Assembly (NCBI GenBank): GCA_051294375.1
Contig: JBJCIZ010000239.1
Location: 4,196,753-4,260,752 of the forward strand
DNA: 64,000 nt
From: Paraspadella gotoi
Taxonomy: Eukaryota; Animalia; Chaetognatha
Direction: 5' to 3'
Part shown: in pieces, positions 1 through 13,913 of the stretch
Layout: the number at the start of each line of letters is the position of its first letter
Position numbering within the stretch: position 1 is the stretch's first letter
Translations under genes and position numbers: made by a program
Notes under the pieces: model-generated
What the model was told of the DNA's origin: nothing
What the model saw: only the letters and a program-made list of their open reading frames with translations
The model's database searches: none

Positions 1-485
1 GTCTTCATCGTCGTCGTCTTCTTCCTCCTAGATGGTGGATGTTTTGAGGATCTTTATCGTCATCATTGTCATGGTCGTCATCATCCTCGTCCTCCTCCTT
101 GTCATCATCGTCGACATCTTTGTCATCATCATTGTTCTCTTTGTCGTCTCGTCATAATCGCCGTCAACTCATCATCGTTGTCATCATCTTTGTCGTCGTC
201 GTTCTCTTCATCATGGTCATCTTTGCAGTCTTCTTCATCCTCATCTTTGTCGTCGTCGTCATCATCCTCTTTTTCGTCATCATCATCCTTCTCTTCGACG
301 ACGTGGTCATCATTGTCGTCATTTTCATCATCGTTGTCATCATCGTCGTCGTCGTCGTCATCGTCAATGTCGTCTTCCTCTTCATCGTCGTTGTCATCAT
401 CATCGTCATCTTCATCATCTTCGTCGTCATCTCTACCATTATCTTCGTCATCTTCATCGTCATCGTCGTCGTCGTCGTCGTCTTT
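1..485. repeat. Degenerate (TCR)n / (GTC/ATC/TTC)n trinucleotide microsatellite
   Basis: Near-continuous tcgtc/tcatc/tcttc triplets; produces the poly-Ser, poly-Val/Ile and poly-Met/Thr pseudo-ORFs in three frames. Confidence 0.9.
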
Positions 486-579
486 CCATCGATCCGATGC
501 TCCTCATCTTTGCCTCGCGGGAATTCTTGAACTCAACCCAAAAATATTCTGGTGACACGATTTTCTCGCTTCACTGGTC

Positions 580-830
580 GCCGTGACGCAGTTGGCGCGG
601 TGACGCAGAAAAAAAAGATGTGACGTTGTATCGTATTGACGTAATGACGTAGCGAAGCGATGACTTAGTGACGCAAATCAGTATTGAGGCAGTGACTAAA
701 TGACGTTTTGTCCTAGTAAGGCAGGAAAGCAATGACGTAGCCAGTTAGTGACGTAGTCGAAGCGGGAGAGCAGTGGCGTAGTGACGCAGACGCGACGCAG
801 AGTAGCAATGGCGCAGTATCTGTAGCGATT
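580..830. repeat. Degenerate ~9-10 bp tandem repeat (AGTGACGYA-like)
   Basis: About ten TGACG cores (e.g. 601, 621, 646, 701, 733, 782) plus variants gtggcgta, atggcgca, gtgactaa. Confidence 0.65.
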
Positions 831-957
831 GAAATGAGCTATGACTAATTCATAAAAGTGGTCGATTTAAATTCCTTACAAACAAACAAATTTTCTAATT
901 TGCAATAGTTTCGAAATGTAAACCGATCAATCCATCCTGAAACCGTTTTCATTTTAA

Positions 958-1108
958 ATGTACTATGTGCTATGTACTATGTGCTACTAAGTGTAATGGG
1001 ACTAAATATAAATAACAAACGCCTATTTTATGTACTATGTGCTATGTACTATGTGCTATGTACTAAGTGTAATGGGACTAAATATAAATAACAGTAACGT
1101 CTATGTGC
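958..1108. repeat. Tandem duplication of ~72-80 bp containing (TATGTRC)n heptamers
   Basis: atgtactatgtgctatgtactatgtgcta...ctaagtgtaatgggactaaatataaataaca occurs twice in tandem. Confidence 0.85.
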
Positions 1109-1431
1109 GCCGCATCAAATGTATAAACTGACGAAACGCTACTTTGAGAGAAGAGTTAAAATGTGAAAGGAAGAACCGACGAGTTCACGGCGACCCAAGT
1201 GAGGGATTTTCCAGATGTTCACGTGATTTCACGGGTATGTATTAATCCCCCAAAATCACCAAAATAACGTCACGAATTCTTTTCAACAACGTCATCAAAA
1301 AAATGTCAAACAATGTCAAACGATCGAACAATGTCATCAATCCAATCTGAATCTGATTTTCGCGAATCCGTAACAAAATTCCCTCTCTTCCCCCCCCCTT
1401 CCACGTCGACTTACATCGACAAACTCCGCTT

Positions 1432-1777
1432 CGGCCACATTTTCCGAAATTCCCCTATTTCAGCTAAAAATCTAGAATTAAATTGTTTTAAATTTTAAAA
1501 ATTAGGTTTGGGGTTGGGTTAAAAGTTAAGTTAATGATTGAGTATGAGATTTGGTTCAGGATTTGGGTTAAGGTTTAGGTTTGAGGAAAAAGGGTTTGGG
1601 TTATGGATCGTAGATTAAAGTTAAGGATTACAGATAAGAAATAGGTTCAGTTTTAAAGATTGTATTAATTATTTAATAAAAGGATTAGAATTAAATATTG
1701 GGTTCAAATCGAACTTAAGCTCTCAAGATAATTAGGGATTGGGGATGGAAATGGGACGCATTTCGAAAATTGTGCCG
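1432..1777. mobile_element. Non-autonomous TIR element (MITE-like) with degenerate TTAGGG-like interior
   Basis: Left end cggccacattttccgaaattcccctatttc; the right end reverse-complements to cggcacaattttcgaaatgcgtcccatttc; interior ttaggt/ttgggt/ttaagg repeats. The same architecture recurs elsewhere in the window. Confidence 0.65.
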
Positions 1778-2318
1778 TCACTTCATTCGATGAGTCAGGG
1801 AAATGAAAAAAAAAAATTATCGCTTCTTTTCCTTATCTCACACGATTTTTTTTACCTCGTCATCTTCTTCCTCATTTTCTTTCTTCTTTTCCTTCTTCTT
1901 TCTTCTCCTCTTCATCTTCCTCCTCCTCTTCCTCCTCCTCCTCTTCCTCTTCCTCTTCCTTCTCATTTCCATCCTTTCCTCTTTTTGGAAATGTAACTGT
2001 GTCACTTTTGAAGTTCTTATCTCTCTCTCTCTCTCTCTCTCGTGAAGGAGAAAGAAGGAGGGGGAAAAGAAGAGGGGGAGAAAGGTGTAAAGGAAAAGGG
2101 AGAAAAAGGGAGGAAACAGAAACAGAAAAAATAGTAAAAGGTAAAGGGAGGAAAAAGAGTATAGGAAGAAGGAAAGAAAAGAAGGAAGGTAGGAAGAAGA
2201 AAGGAAGGAAGAAGGGAAAATCAGGATAGGAAGAGGGGAAAGAGAAATAGGAAAAGAAATGAAGGGAGAGGAGAAAGAAAGAAAAAAGTGAAGAGAAGGT
2301 GGGGGAAGTGTGAGGAGT

Positions 2319-2515
2319 TATACCGTCGCTCAAAAAGGCTTCCCCTAGGGGCGATAGAAGGAGCTGACCCCTGGGGCAGTCTTCCCCTAAATGACAAAAA
2401 AAACTATCCCCCCTAGTATAGTTTTTGTATAACCACAGAGGCTATCCCGAGGAAGAACCCCCTGATGTCACCCCTCGCCACACGCCAGGGGGAAGGCTTT
2501 TATTCTGACGTTATA
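2319..2515. mobile_element. Short TA-flanked TIR element with internal CCCC(T/TA)GGGG palindromes
   Basis: Left tataccgtcgctcaaaaaggcttcccc vs reverse complement of right end tataacgtcagaataaaagccttcccc; TA at both boundaries. Confidence 0.5.
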
Positions 2516-5500
2516 CTTGAGTGTGAGGAGAGGGGGTAAAAGGAAGAGGTTTAGGGATTGACGCCTTTTTTGTCCCACTTTTTTTTTTCTTGGCTGAGGG
2601 GTTAATATACTTTTTTTGGTTCTTTTTTTTGTGTTTAGTTTTAATATTTTTTCTCAAATTTTTGTGCAATTTGGTCTACAAGTTTTAGTTAAAAGCAATA
2701 TTTAATAATTGATAGAAATATGTAAATATTTAACAGTTACATCAATCACACAAAATATTTTTTCCCTGTGAGTGACATCATCCTTTTCCTCTTCCTTTCT
2801 TTGCCTTCCTCCTCCTCTCCTTGCTCTCCTTACTCACGAGTGAATATTCACTAACTTCGGCAAGATCTCTTTATATATGATCTTCACTACTACGCGGATC
2901 GCCGAGTTATCATACACATTGCATAAGTTTCTCCCAGTAGGGGGGCCGAAATTTTATGAAATTTTTTTACATCTCATTTAAACAATATATTTTACGTTTC
3001 AGGAAAATTGTAGGCTAAATCGGTCAACTAAGTAATTTAGATTTAAATGTCATTATAAAGTTTTTAAAGAATTACTGTGTTTTTGAGAAATGATTAAAAA
3101 GTTGACCCTTTATTTTCGAAAACCGCACCTTTAAGCTTTAATTCAGAATTAAAGAATTTTGTTAGTGTCATTTGCTTCAAAGGGATATAAGGGTATATCG
3201 GGGTCAGTTGGACACAGTAGGGTGAAGGCCGATCGTACTATCTCGTCAAGGGTACAGTTAAATGACAGATCAGTAAGCAATCAGTGTAGTCCACGGATTG
3301 AAACGACGAAGCCAGAGAGCCCATATCGAATCAATGCTTAATTAAGATATAGGGTATTCTTATAGTTTTAAAAAATTTGTAGTTGTCAAGAGATGATGCT
3401 TGGAGAATTTTGCCATTATTTACTTTATCTTAGATTAATATTGTATTGTTATTTTGTGCTAAATATATCTCCCGATATTTAATTACAAATAAGTGATTTG
3501 CTAATTTCAAACCCTTTTCGAAACCTTGTCGAGTCCCACCCTTTTTTAAATCTTCTCTCATTGCGCCATCTCGGATATTATAATCTAATTGTAGCAATTA
3601 ATGTATTTGTAATTTTAAAAGTATTATTCTCGGTTTTACACTTTCTTCTTAGAAAATAATGTAGAGTGCGTTGCATTCGATAATCGAGTAAACTGCCCAA
3701 GGTTATGTGGACAATGGCTCTGAAAAGTCTAATGGTTGAAGTGAAATTGACTGTGATGCAACTTATTTCTGGTCTCGTCCCGTTATGACCGCTATACAAT
3801 ATAAACAATATGTTCTAATGTTACGGCGGCCTAAACCATGGATTCATGGAGCAGTGAGACGAGCAAGCGAAACAGTTCCATGCAAAAGGAAATCATGAGA
3901 GGAGCGAGATAGATCGCCTCGCCCAGTCGAGCGTATCACATTATGCGATTTCGGGTGCTTGGACACGTGACGCCTTCACAACAACAAAGGAAAGTCTGAC
4001 AAAAAGACGTGCAGAGAAAAGAGACATTAGAGGAGATTAACAATATCTAAAGCGTAGAGACATGATTGATATTCATGCATCGACTGTTTTGTTTATACAC
4101 ACTCCTTATGTTTTCCTTTTGTCCTCATTTTTGTAGCTCTTCCCTCTTAGATCTGCCCCATTCAAATTCAGCATACTCTAGCCACGCCCCACACTATACA
4201 ACAACACACAAAATGGATGTTGAGCGTAAGCTTACTACCCACCCAGCAAAATAAAGTTCTTAAAGGTATTCTTCCACTCGCTCCTTTTATTACTTACACA
4301 GCAGATTTTATGCGATTGCCTTTTTTCTTGCGTCCCTTACGTTGGGGGTAGGCACTACACACATACAACCGGTAATCCGTCAGTCTGTGAATACCCGCCG
4401 AAGCAACGCGAGAAAACATACTAACGACTAGAACTAGTGAACAAGTAAACATGCACTACCCGTAGCGGCACCTTTGACCGATTTGAGAGGGAGCAAAGAG
4501 AGGAGACCGCAGATGAATGAGACAAATGTAATCACCGCAGAGTCTGGAGCGAGATGGAGACTAGAGTCCAGAGAGAGAGACTGGCAGATGAGAGCGAGTA
4601 TGAGATAACACATCATGAGTAGAAAGAATCAGAAACTTAGAAGGAGCATACGAAGTGCGACGAACACAACGCTCGGGGAAGCCTGTAACCACTGCAATAC
4701 GAGAAACCGAAACAGAGATATATAACGAGTAAGAGTACGATAGAGGGAGAGACAGTAAGCACAGAAACATTTATGAGGCGGGGAGAGGAAGGTGAGGAGA
4801 AGCGGACATACACGAGATAGCACAGAAGACGAACTGGGCTAGCGTAAGTAGAGGCGAGGAGGTATATATGGCAGACGCAGATGTGTGGGCCAGCAAGACG
4901 AAGATGAGGAGAGGACGGAGACAGAAGGTGGAGCAGAGCACGATCGAGGGCGAGCAGAGAGAGAAGAGAGGATGTAGGAGGAGAGGAAGGGAGAGAGGAG
5001 AGAGAGAAAGGTTGGGAAAAGACAGAGAGGGAGAGAGAGAGAGGGAGAGGGAGGGATAGGAAAGTAGGAAAGTATATTACTACCGTAGGAAAGTCATGCC
5101 CAGAGAGAGAGAAAAAGAAACAGAAAGAGGGGGAAAGAAAGAGAAAAAGAGAGGGCGAGAAAGAGAAACGAAAAAATCGAGAAAGAAAGGATAATTTAAA
5201 GTTTTTCAGAACTTTATCGTCAAAAAAAGAATAAAGGAAAAGAGCAAGTTTGAGCAAACAATTTTCGATCAGCTAAGCAAATGTATAATACCTATTCTCA
5301 GAATTAAAAAATAAAAGTGAAATTTTGACATTGCAAATACAAAATAAGCAGACGCGGCTAAAATATTAGTAAAAAAAATAATAACTGTACATATTATTAT
5401 TCGCTAATAGGATGGTTTTGAAGATATAATTGCTAAATTTTGATTGCAAACTTTCACTTCACCCTATAACTCACTCTTCCCGCCAATCGACACCATTACC

Positions 5501-6393
5501 TCCGTCAGCCGCTTCTAGCCACTTATTAAGCCACTGGCCAATGGCCAATTGGCCATCTCATCTCGCTACCGGCCAGTCGGCCAACAAAGCACTTTTCAGT
5601 CTGTCTCTAGCCACCTTTATTTCATTCCCCTGCTTCTCTCAAACCGACAAACGCCACCTACCAGTCGGCCAACTGCCAGATTGTCATTAGCTACCTTCCT
5701 TCCTCCGCCACACTCTATTAGCCACTCTGCCACTCTGCCACTAGTCGCCTGCCATCCGCCTGCCCATCGGGATTGATTGTCCGCTTTTAATAATGTTGTC
5801 GATATGTAGTCGAGCATTCCATAATTTAAGATAATATAATATAATATAATATAATATAATAATGTTATCCATATGTAGTCGAGCATTGCATATTACTTTC
5901 TTAATGAAGCCAGAAGAAGATTTGGATATTACGGCCTTCGTCCTCGTCGCCTTCTACTTAGTCGTCGTCGTCGTCTTCGACGTCGTCGTCATTTCCTTTG
6001 TCGTTGTCGTCGTCTTCTTCTTTTTTGTCATTCTTTAGTCGTTGTCGTCGTCGTCGTCGTCGATATTGTTTAATTAACTGTTACGCACATAATATGACAT
6101 ACATGTATAAAATAACAATATTTATGAAAAGAAATACTATAAAATTACGGATTTTTTATGATTTTATGATTTTAAAGTATATTTTTTTAATCTAAACGCT
6201 TTTTTTTACCGTCAGGGGGTTTAATTTTATTTCTTTTGTTTTTTCTTTTTTTTTTTTATGAAATCATAATTTCAAATACTATTTTATTATTGTTACGCTT
6301 CGCGCTCCATCTGTCGAGAAGAGAAGAGCAACTGAAGTCAGGGATTCTGACAAAAGGTCGACCCAGGATTTCTGAGAAATGAGAGAGAGAAGA

Positions 6394-6464
<71 letters not shown>

Positions 6465-8576
6465 GAGAAAGAGAGAGAGAAAGAGAACGTGATAGCGTGA
6501 GAAAGTGAGAGTAAAGATCAGGTTAGATCCGGTATTAATTTCTTCATGAATTATTCATCCGTAGCTCGTGGCTTAGTCGTCGACGTCGTCGTCGTCAACG
6601 TCGTCGTCGTCAACGTCGTCGTTCGTCGTCGTCGTCGTCGTCGTTTTCGTTATTCAAGAAATTTACAAGAGGATATGGCTACTTGCCTTGTCGTTCTCTC
6701 TCTCTCTCTCTCTCGCTCTCTCGCTCTCCCTCTCTCTCGCTCTCGCTCTCTCTCTCTCTCATTCCCCCCCCATTCTTAACGATTCCGAATCGCGAATCGT
6801 TAATTGAAAAGAAATCACTGGATCGCCCGGTCACGTGACGTGATTCACGCTCGACCACGTGATGGAATTGAGTAAGGGTCACGTGACAGAAGCCACGCCC
6901 TCGCGATCGACGCTCGGTGATCACGTGATTGTGCGAAAATATAAATATAAAACCGAATTGTTATTTTCCTCTCTTTTCGTTGGTAGATTTGCCACATAAT
7001 TAAACAACGATACAAGTATGTAGCATATATGCTTAACAAGAGTCATAAGATTAACCACACTGAAGCAATAACTAAAATAACCCAGTGTTACACGAAATGA
7101 GAGTCCTTGACTGCTTCATCATGTAACGATATTTGTTTATGGTCATGTGACTACAAAAATATAAAACATATTTACTTAAATTTTTACTCTCTGCTAGACA
7201 CAAACTGAAATGAATCAAATTTTCCATTAATCTCATGATTGTACAAATATGAAACTTATACACAAGGTATATAGCCCTTCCACTAAGTGAAATCGATGGG
7301 CCGGGGCGACGAGAGAGAGACAAAGAGAGAGAGACAGACAAATGGCAGAAAACGAGTGGAATTTTTAAGGAAACGAGATTGATATAGNNNNNNNNNNNNN
7401 NNNNNNNNNNNNNNNNNNNNNNNNNNNNNNNNNNNNNNNNNNNNNNNNNNNNNNNNNNNNNNNNNNNNNNNNNNNNNNNNNNNNNNNNNNNNNNNNNNNN
7501 NNNNNNNNNNNNNNNNNNNNNNNNNNNNNNNNNNNNNNNNNNNNNNNNNNNNNNNNNNNNNNNNNNNNNNNNNNNNNNNNNNNNNNNNNNNNNNNNNNNN
7601 NNNNNNNNNNNNNNNNNNNNNNNNNNNNNNNNNNNNNNNNNNNNNNNNNNNNNNNNNNNNNNNNNNNNNNNNNNNNNNNNNNNNNNNNNNNNNNNNNNNN
7701 NNNNNNNNNNNNNNNNNNNNNNNNNNNNNNNNNNNNNNNNNNNNNNNNNNNNNNNNNNNNNNNNNNNNNNNNNNNNNNNNNNNNNNNNNNNNNNNNNNNN
7801 NNNNNNNNNNNNNNNNNNNNNNNNNNNNNNNNNNNNNNNNNNNNNNNNNNNNNNNNNNNNNNNNNNNNNNNNNNNNNNNNNNNNNNNNNNNNNNNNNNNN
7901 NNNNNNNNNNNNNNNNNNNNNNNNNNNNNNNNNNNNNNNNNNNNNNNNNNNNNNNNNNNNNNNNNNNNNNNNNNNNNNNNNNNNATATATATATAGTATG
8001 TAGTAGCTACATTTATTTTTTTGTTCATATTCTCAATCCATTAAAGAGATTCCTTGAGCAGTGCTTAATCTCGACTTAATATTAACTCAATGCATTTACC
8101 AAGAGACAAAAGTAGATTAGTAAGTATTCATTATCCAGTAGTCATTGAAAACTACAGTAGCATAACCGTGATGCAGCAGCATCTCAAAGCTACATAAAAA
8201 CTGAAAAATTAATTAAGATATTCAAGTAATTTCACAAATATCATTTAATTAATTAATGGTCTCAGAGGAATCTCCCAAAAATTAAGAATTTACTCTCCTT
8301 TTATATACAAGGACAAAGTTATAACAACCAAGGAGAGGAGAGTTCACATTTTAAGAATAAAAGCAAAACATCTACTAGTTATTATCAACCAATGAGAGAC
8401 CAGATATACAAATAAAAATCATTATAAACTCTTTAACATCTATCGTGTCCAATAATCAAGATTAAACAAACTACAACAACAAAGACAAAGGTTTCTAAAA
8501 AGTTTGAACCCCGAATTTTCGGGCTTAATTGCTTAGCTTATGTTCAGTTCAGCCCGACTATAAGCAATTAAGCAAT

Positions 8577-8760
8577 TAAGCATGATACCTTCAGTCGCGA
8601 CCCGGGACTCATTAAAAAATACCATCATTTCATGACCATTAGGTACCGGGATCGATCCCCAATGGGAAGCGTGAGGACGACCGTAAACCGCCTTGGCGAC
8701 GTGGAAAACCCTCAAGCTTGGTTCCAAGCCCAGGACTCGTTTTATTGCAACTGAAGGGGG
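8577..8760 (+). mobile_element. tRNA-headed SINE-like element, copy 1
   Basis: Homologous to 37955-38155 and 14855-15050; retains the B-box-like ccgggatcgatcccc and the core gggaagcgtgaggacgaccgtaaaccgcc. Confidence 0.6.
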
Positions 8761-11700
8761 CGCGGAAGATACGGAGAATAGTTGATCATCCTTAGGTCTC
8801 AGGTTCCCATCCGGCTCGTTGGATTAATAGCTTTCAAAATTTATATAAAATTGAGAGGCGTACATTTTTCTGTAAACACCCCCCTTTTTGTTTAATCTTA
8901 AACTTTACTAAATATTCAAACTAATCTATAACCTTAATAACTTACCGTTTGTTAAATTATAATCCTAATCCCTACCCCTTACCCCTAAATCTAATCTCGA
9001 TTCCCTCTCTCTAATCCCTAACCTTATCTTCTTACCTCAAACTCTAATATCTAACCAAATCCTATCTCAAACCCAATCTTTATCCTAATCCCGTACTCTA
9101 ATCAATAAACTAACTTATTAACGTACTTAAACTTTAATAGACGCAGCACGATCTATCCCGAGGCAGAACTGAATGTCACCACTGCCACACGCACGCCAGG
9201 GGAGGCTTTTATTCTGACGTTATACTTGAAGTGTTGAGGAGAAGGGGATAGAAAGGAAGAGGTTTAGGGGATTGACGCCATTTTTTGTGTCCCACTTTTT
9301 TTTTTATTCTTGGCTGAGGGGTAATATACTTTTTTTGGTTGCTTTTTTTTGTGTTTAGTTTTAATATTTTTCTCAAAATTATTTGTGCAATTTGGTCTAC
9401 AAGTTTTAGTTAAAAGCAAATATGTTAATAATTGATAGAAATATGTAAATATTTAGAACAGTTACAGTCATCACATACAAAATTATTTTCTCGTGTGAGT
9501 GACAATCATACTTTCCTCTTCCTTTCTTTTGCACTTCCTCCTCCTCTTCTCTAGCTCCTCCTTACCCATATATTCACTTCTTTTTCCAAGATTCTTTATT
9601 CACCCGTCGTCGCCATTTCAAAGATTCATGAAGTTTTCCAGAGGGGGGCCGAATTTTATAGATTATTTTTTTTACATCTCATTTAACAATATATTTTAAC
9701 GTTTCGGAGAAAATTGTGTACCGAAGCTTAAAATCGGTCAACACTAGAAGTAATTTAGATTTGAAATGTCATTCATACAAGTTTCAAAAGAATACTGCTG
9801 TTTTTGAGAAATGATTAAAAAGTTGACCACTATTTATCCGAAACCGCACCATTTTAATGCTTTAATTCAGAATAAACGAATTTGTAGTGTACTTGGCTGC
9901 AATGGAGTTAGGCGTTAGGATTTGGAGTTATGGGTGAGGGATTAGGAGATTATAATTAAGAAAATTAGTGTTGCAAAGATTTCGATAAAGCAAACACGAA
10001 AAGATAAGGGTTAAAAATTAGGTTCAAGGATTACTAACTGAAATGGTATTGCTTTCCAAAAAATAATGCTAAAAACTTTTTCTTTTTCACCTTTTTAAAT
10101 CTTCCTCCCATCATTCGTAATTGTAGAATAAAATGATTTAAAGTATTTTATTTTTTAAAAAATGTGAGCGTTGAATGATAATGAAAGGTTGAAATTGTAT
10201 GAAGTCTTTGTCTGATGCAAACTTTCGGTCCATACTTTAATTAATAATAATGTTATGTTTCGGCTCTAAATGTTTGCCGAGAGAGAGAGAGGAGAGAAAA
10301 GGAATAGTTAAAAAGAGATGAAAAGAGGAGGAAAAACAGAGAGACAGAGAGATTTTGTTTATACAATCTATTTTTTCCTTTTCCCTTTTAGCGTCTTCTC
10401 TACTTCTCCCCCTTAACATACTCACACCACACAGACACACACAACAAAGGATTTTTGCGTACTACTACAGCAAAAAGTTTTTTCCCGCCCTTTATTACGA
10501 TTTTTATGCTTTTTCTCGCCCTGGGGAACTCATAAACGGTCTTAACACGAAAACGGAGAACGAGAGAGAATATAACAAAACATGACACGGCATTGACCGT
10601 TGAGAGGAGAAAGAGAGAGAGAGAGAGAGAGAGACGAAGAGAGAGAGAGAGAGAGAGAGAGAAGAGGAGAGAGAAAGAAGAGAGAGAATAGAAGGAGATA
10701 GAGTGAGAAACGGAAGAGAGAGAGAAAGATATAAAGAGAGAGGGAGGGAGAGACAGAAAGAGAAATAGAGGGGGGAGAGAGGGAGAGCGAGGATAGAAAG
10801 AGAAGGGTAGAGAGAGAGCGGGAGGGAAATATATGGAAGAGAGATGAGGTGGGACAGAGAGAGAGAGGGAGGGAAGAGAGAGGTTGGCAGAGAGAGAGGG
10901 GGAGAGAGAGAAGAGAGAGGATGTAGGGAGGAGAGGAAGGGAGAGAGAGAGAAAGAAAGGTGGGAAAAGAGACAGAGGGGAGAGAGAGAGGGAAGAAGGG
11001 AGGGATAGGAAAGTAGGGAAAGTAGCTATACTACTTAGGAGAGAGAGAGAGAAAAAGAACAGAAAGAGGGGGAAAGGAAAGAGAAAAAGAGAGGGCGAGA
11101 AAAGAGAAACGAAAAAAATCGAGAAAGAAAGGATTTAATTTAAAGTTTTTCAGAACTTTATCGTCAAAAAAAGAATAAAGGAAAAGATCAAGTTTGAGCA
11201 AACAATTTTCCGATCAGCTTAAGCAAATTTATAATACCTATTTCTCAGAATTAAAAAAATAAAAGTGAAATTTTGACATTGCAAATACAAAATAAGCAGA
11301 CGCGGCCTAAAATATTAGTAAAAAAAAATAACTGTACATATTATTAATTCGCTCAATAGGATGGTTTTGAAGATATAATTGCTAAACTTTTGATTGCAAA
11401 CTTTCACTTCACCCTAATAACTCACTCTTCCCGCCAATCGACACCATTACCCTCCGTCAGCCCGCTTCTAGCCACTTATTGAAGCCACTGTCCAATGGCC
11501 AATTGGCCATCTCATCTCGCTACCGGCCAGTCGGCCAACAAAGCACTTTTCAGTCTGTCTCTAGCCACCTTTATTTCATTCCCCTGCTTCTTCTCAAACC
11601 GACAACGCCACCTACCAGTCGCCAACTGCCAGATTTGTTCATTAGCTAACCTTCCCTTCCTCCGCCACACTCTATTAGCCACTCTGCCACTCTGCCACTA

Positions 11701-13808
11701 GTCGCCTGCCATCCGCCTGCCCATCGGATTGATTGTTCCGCTTTTAATAATGTTGTCCGATATGTAAGTCGAGCATTCCATAAATTTTAAGATAATATAA
11801 TATAATATAATATAATATAGATATAATAATGTTATCCATATGTAGTCGAGCATTGCATATTAACTTTCTTAATGAAGCCAGAAGAAGATTTGGATGTATT
11901 ACGGCCTTCGTCCCTCCGTCGCCTTCTCTTAGTCGTCGTCGGCGTCTTCGTCGTCGTCGTCATTTCCTTTTGTCGTTGTCGTCGTCTTCTTCTTTTTTCG
12001 TCATTCTTTAGTCGTTGTCGTCGTCGTCGTCTAGTCCGATATTTGTTTAATTAACTGTTTACGCACATAATATGACATACATGTATAAAATAACAATATT
12101 TATGAAAAGAAATACTATAAAATTACGGATTTTTTATGATTTATTTAAAAAAAATATAAAGTATATTTTTTTAATCTAAACGCTATTTTTTACCGTCAGG
12201 GGTTTTAATTTTATTTCTTTTGTTTTTTCTTTTTTTTTTTATGAAATCAATAATTTCAAATACTATTTTTATTATTGTTACGCTTCGCGCTCCTCTGTCG
12301 AGAGAGAAGAGCAACTGAAGTCAGGGATTCTGACAAAAAGGTCGACCAGGATTTCTGAAGAAATGAGAGGAGAGAGAAAGGAAAAAAAAATAAGAGAGAG
12401 AGGAGAGAAGAGAGAGAGAAGAGAGAGAGAGAGAGATCGAGAGATGAGAGGAGAGAGAGATAGAGAAAAGAGAACGTGATAGCCGTTGCAGAAAGTTGAG
12501 AGTAAAGATCAGTTTAGATCCGGTGATTATTTCTTCATGAATTATTCATCCGTAGCTCGTGGCTTAGTCCGTCAAACGTCGTAGTCCGTCAAACGTCGTC
12601 GTCGTCAACGTCGTTCGTCTCGTAGTCTCGCTCGTTCAACTGGTCGTCGTCGTCGTCACAGTCGTCGACGTCATCGTACGGTCGTCGTCAATCGTCGTTC
12701 GTGTGTCGTCGTCATCGTCGTCGTCCGTCAACGTCGTCGTCGTCATCGTCGGGTCGTCCGTTCGTCGTCGGTCGTCAACGTCGTCGTTCGTTCGTCGTCG
12801 TCGCTCGTCGTTTTTCGTTATTCAAGAAATTTCACAAGAGCGATATGGCCTACTGTGCCTTGTCGTTTCTCTCTCTCCTCCTCTCGTCGCTCTCTCGTCT
12901 CCCTGCCTCTCTCGCCTCTCGCTCTCTTCTCTCTTTCTCAATTCCCGCCCCCCATTCTTAACGATTCCGAATCGCGATCGTTAATTGAAAAGAAATCACT
13001 GATCGCCCGCGTCACGCTGACGTGATTTCACGCTCGACCACGTGATGGAATTGAGTAAGGTCAGGACAGCAAGCCCACGCCTCCGCGATCGACGCTCGGT
13101 GTCACGTGATTGCTGCGAAAATATAAAATATAAAACCGAATTGTTATTTTCCTCCTCTTCGTTGGTAGATATTGCCACAGAATAGACAGCCGGATTGTAA
13201 ACAACGGATTACAAGTATGTGAGCTGATATGCTTAACAAGAGTCATAAAGATTTAACCACACATGAAAGCAATAACTAAAATTAACCAGTGTTACACGAA
13301 ATGAGAAGTCCTTGAACTGCTTCATCATGAACGATATTTGTTTATGGTCATGTGACTACAAAAAAATATAAATACATATTTACTTAAATTTTTACTCTCT
13401 GCCTAGACACAACTGAAATGAATCAAATTTTCATTAACTCATGATTGTCACAAATATGAAACTTATACACAAGGTATAGAGCCACTTCCACTAACAGTTA
13501 CTATCTATAATGACGCTTTATTACCGGAATTTATTCGGCATTTAATTCAGAAGTATAACAGACGACAAAAAACGCGTTTTAATAATAATTGGCGGCTTTT
13601 GTCGTGGTTCTTTATTTATGCAATTGTACATGTGTACGAAGTTTGCAAACTAAATTTGAACATTTTTTAAATTTTTTCAAACTAGTATTTATAGAAGTAA
13701 AAGTAAAAGTAAAAAGTAGTTAAAATTTAAAAAAAATTGAAATTGTCTGTATCTTTTCGTCCCTTGCCGACAGGACAAACCATATTGATGAAAAAAAATC
13801 GAGGGTTA

Positions 13809-13857
<49 letters not shown>

Positions 13858-13865
13858 AAGAGAGA

Positions 13866-13913
<48 letters not shown>

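Noticed and set aside
66-555. Long hydrophobic, Ser-rich and Met/Thr-rich ORFs
   Set aside because: Translations of a trinucleotide microsatellite that is open in several frames; the same applies to the many SLSLS/RERER/FFFS ORFs across the window.
1500-1740. True telomere or chromosome-fusion site
   Set aside because: The repeats are highly degenerate, short, dispersed in both orientations and bounded by element termini.
3180-4960. Apparently unique sequence with short ORFs
   Set aside because: It is an insertion-riddled, low-quality rendering of 9890-10900 (anchors at 4190/10430 and 4320/10510).
7072-8028. Long ORFs containing X runs (also 42016, 48646, 56196, 62756 etc.)
   Set aside because: Their length comes from N gaps.
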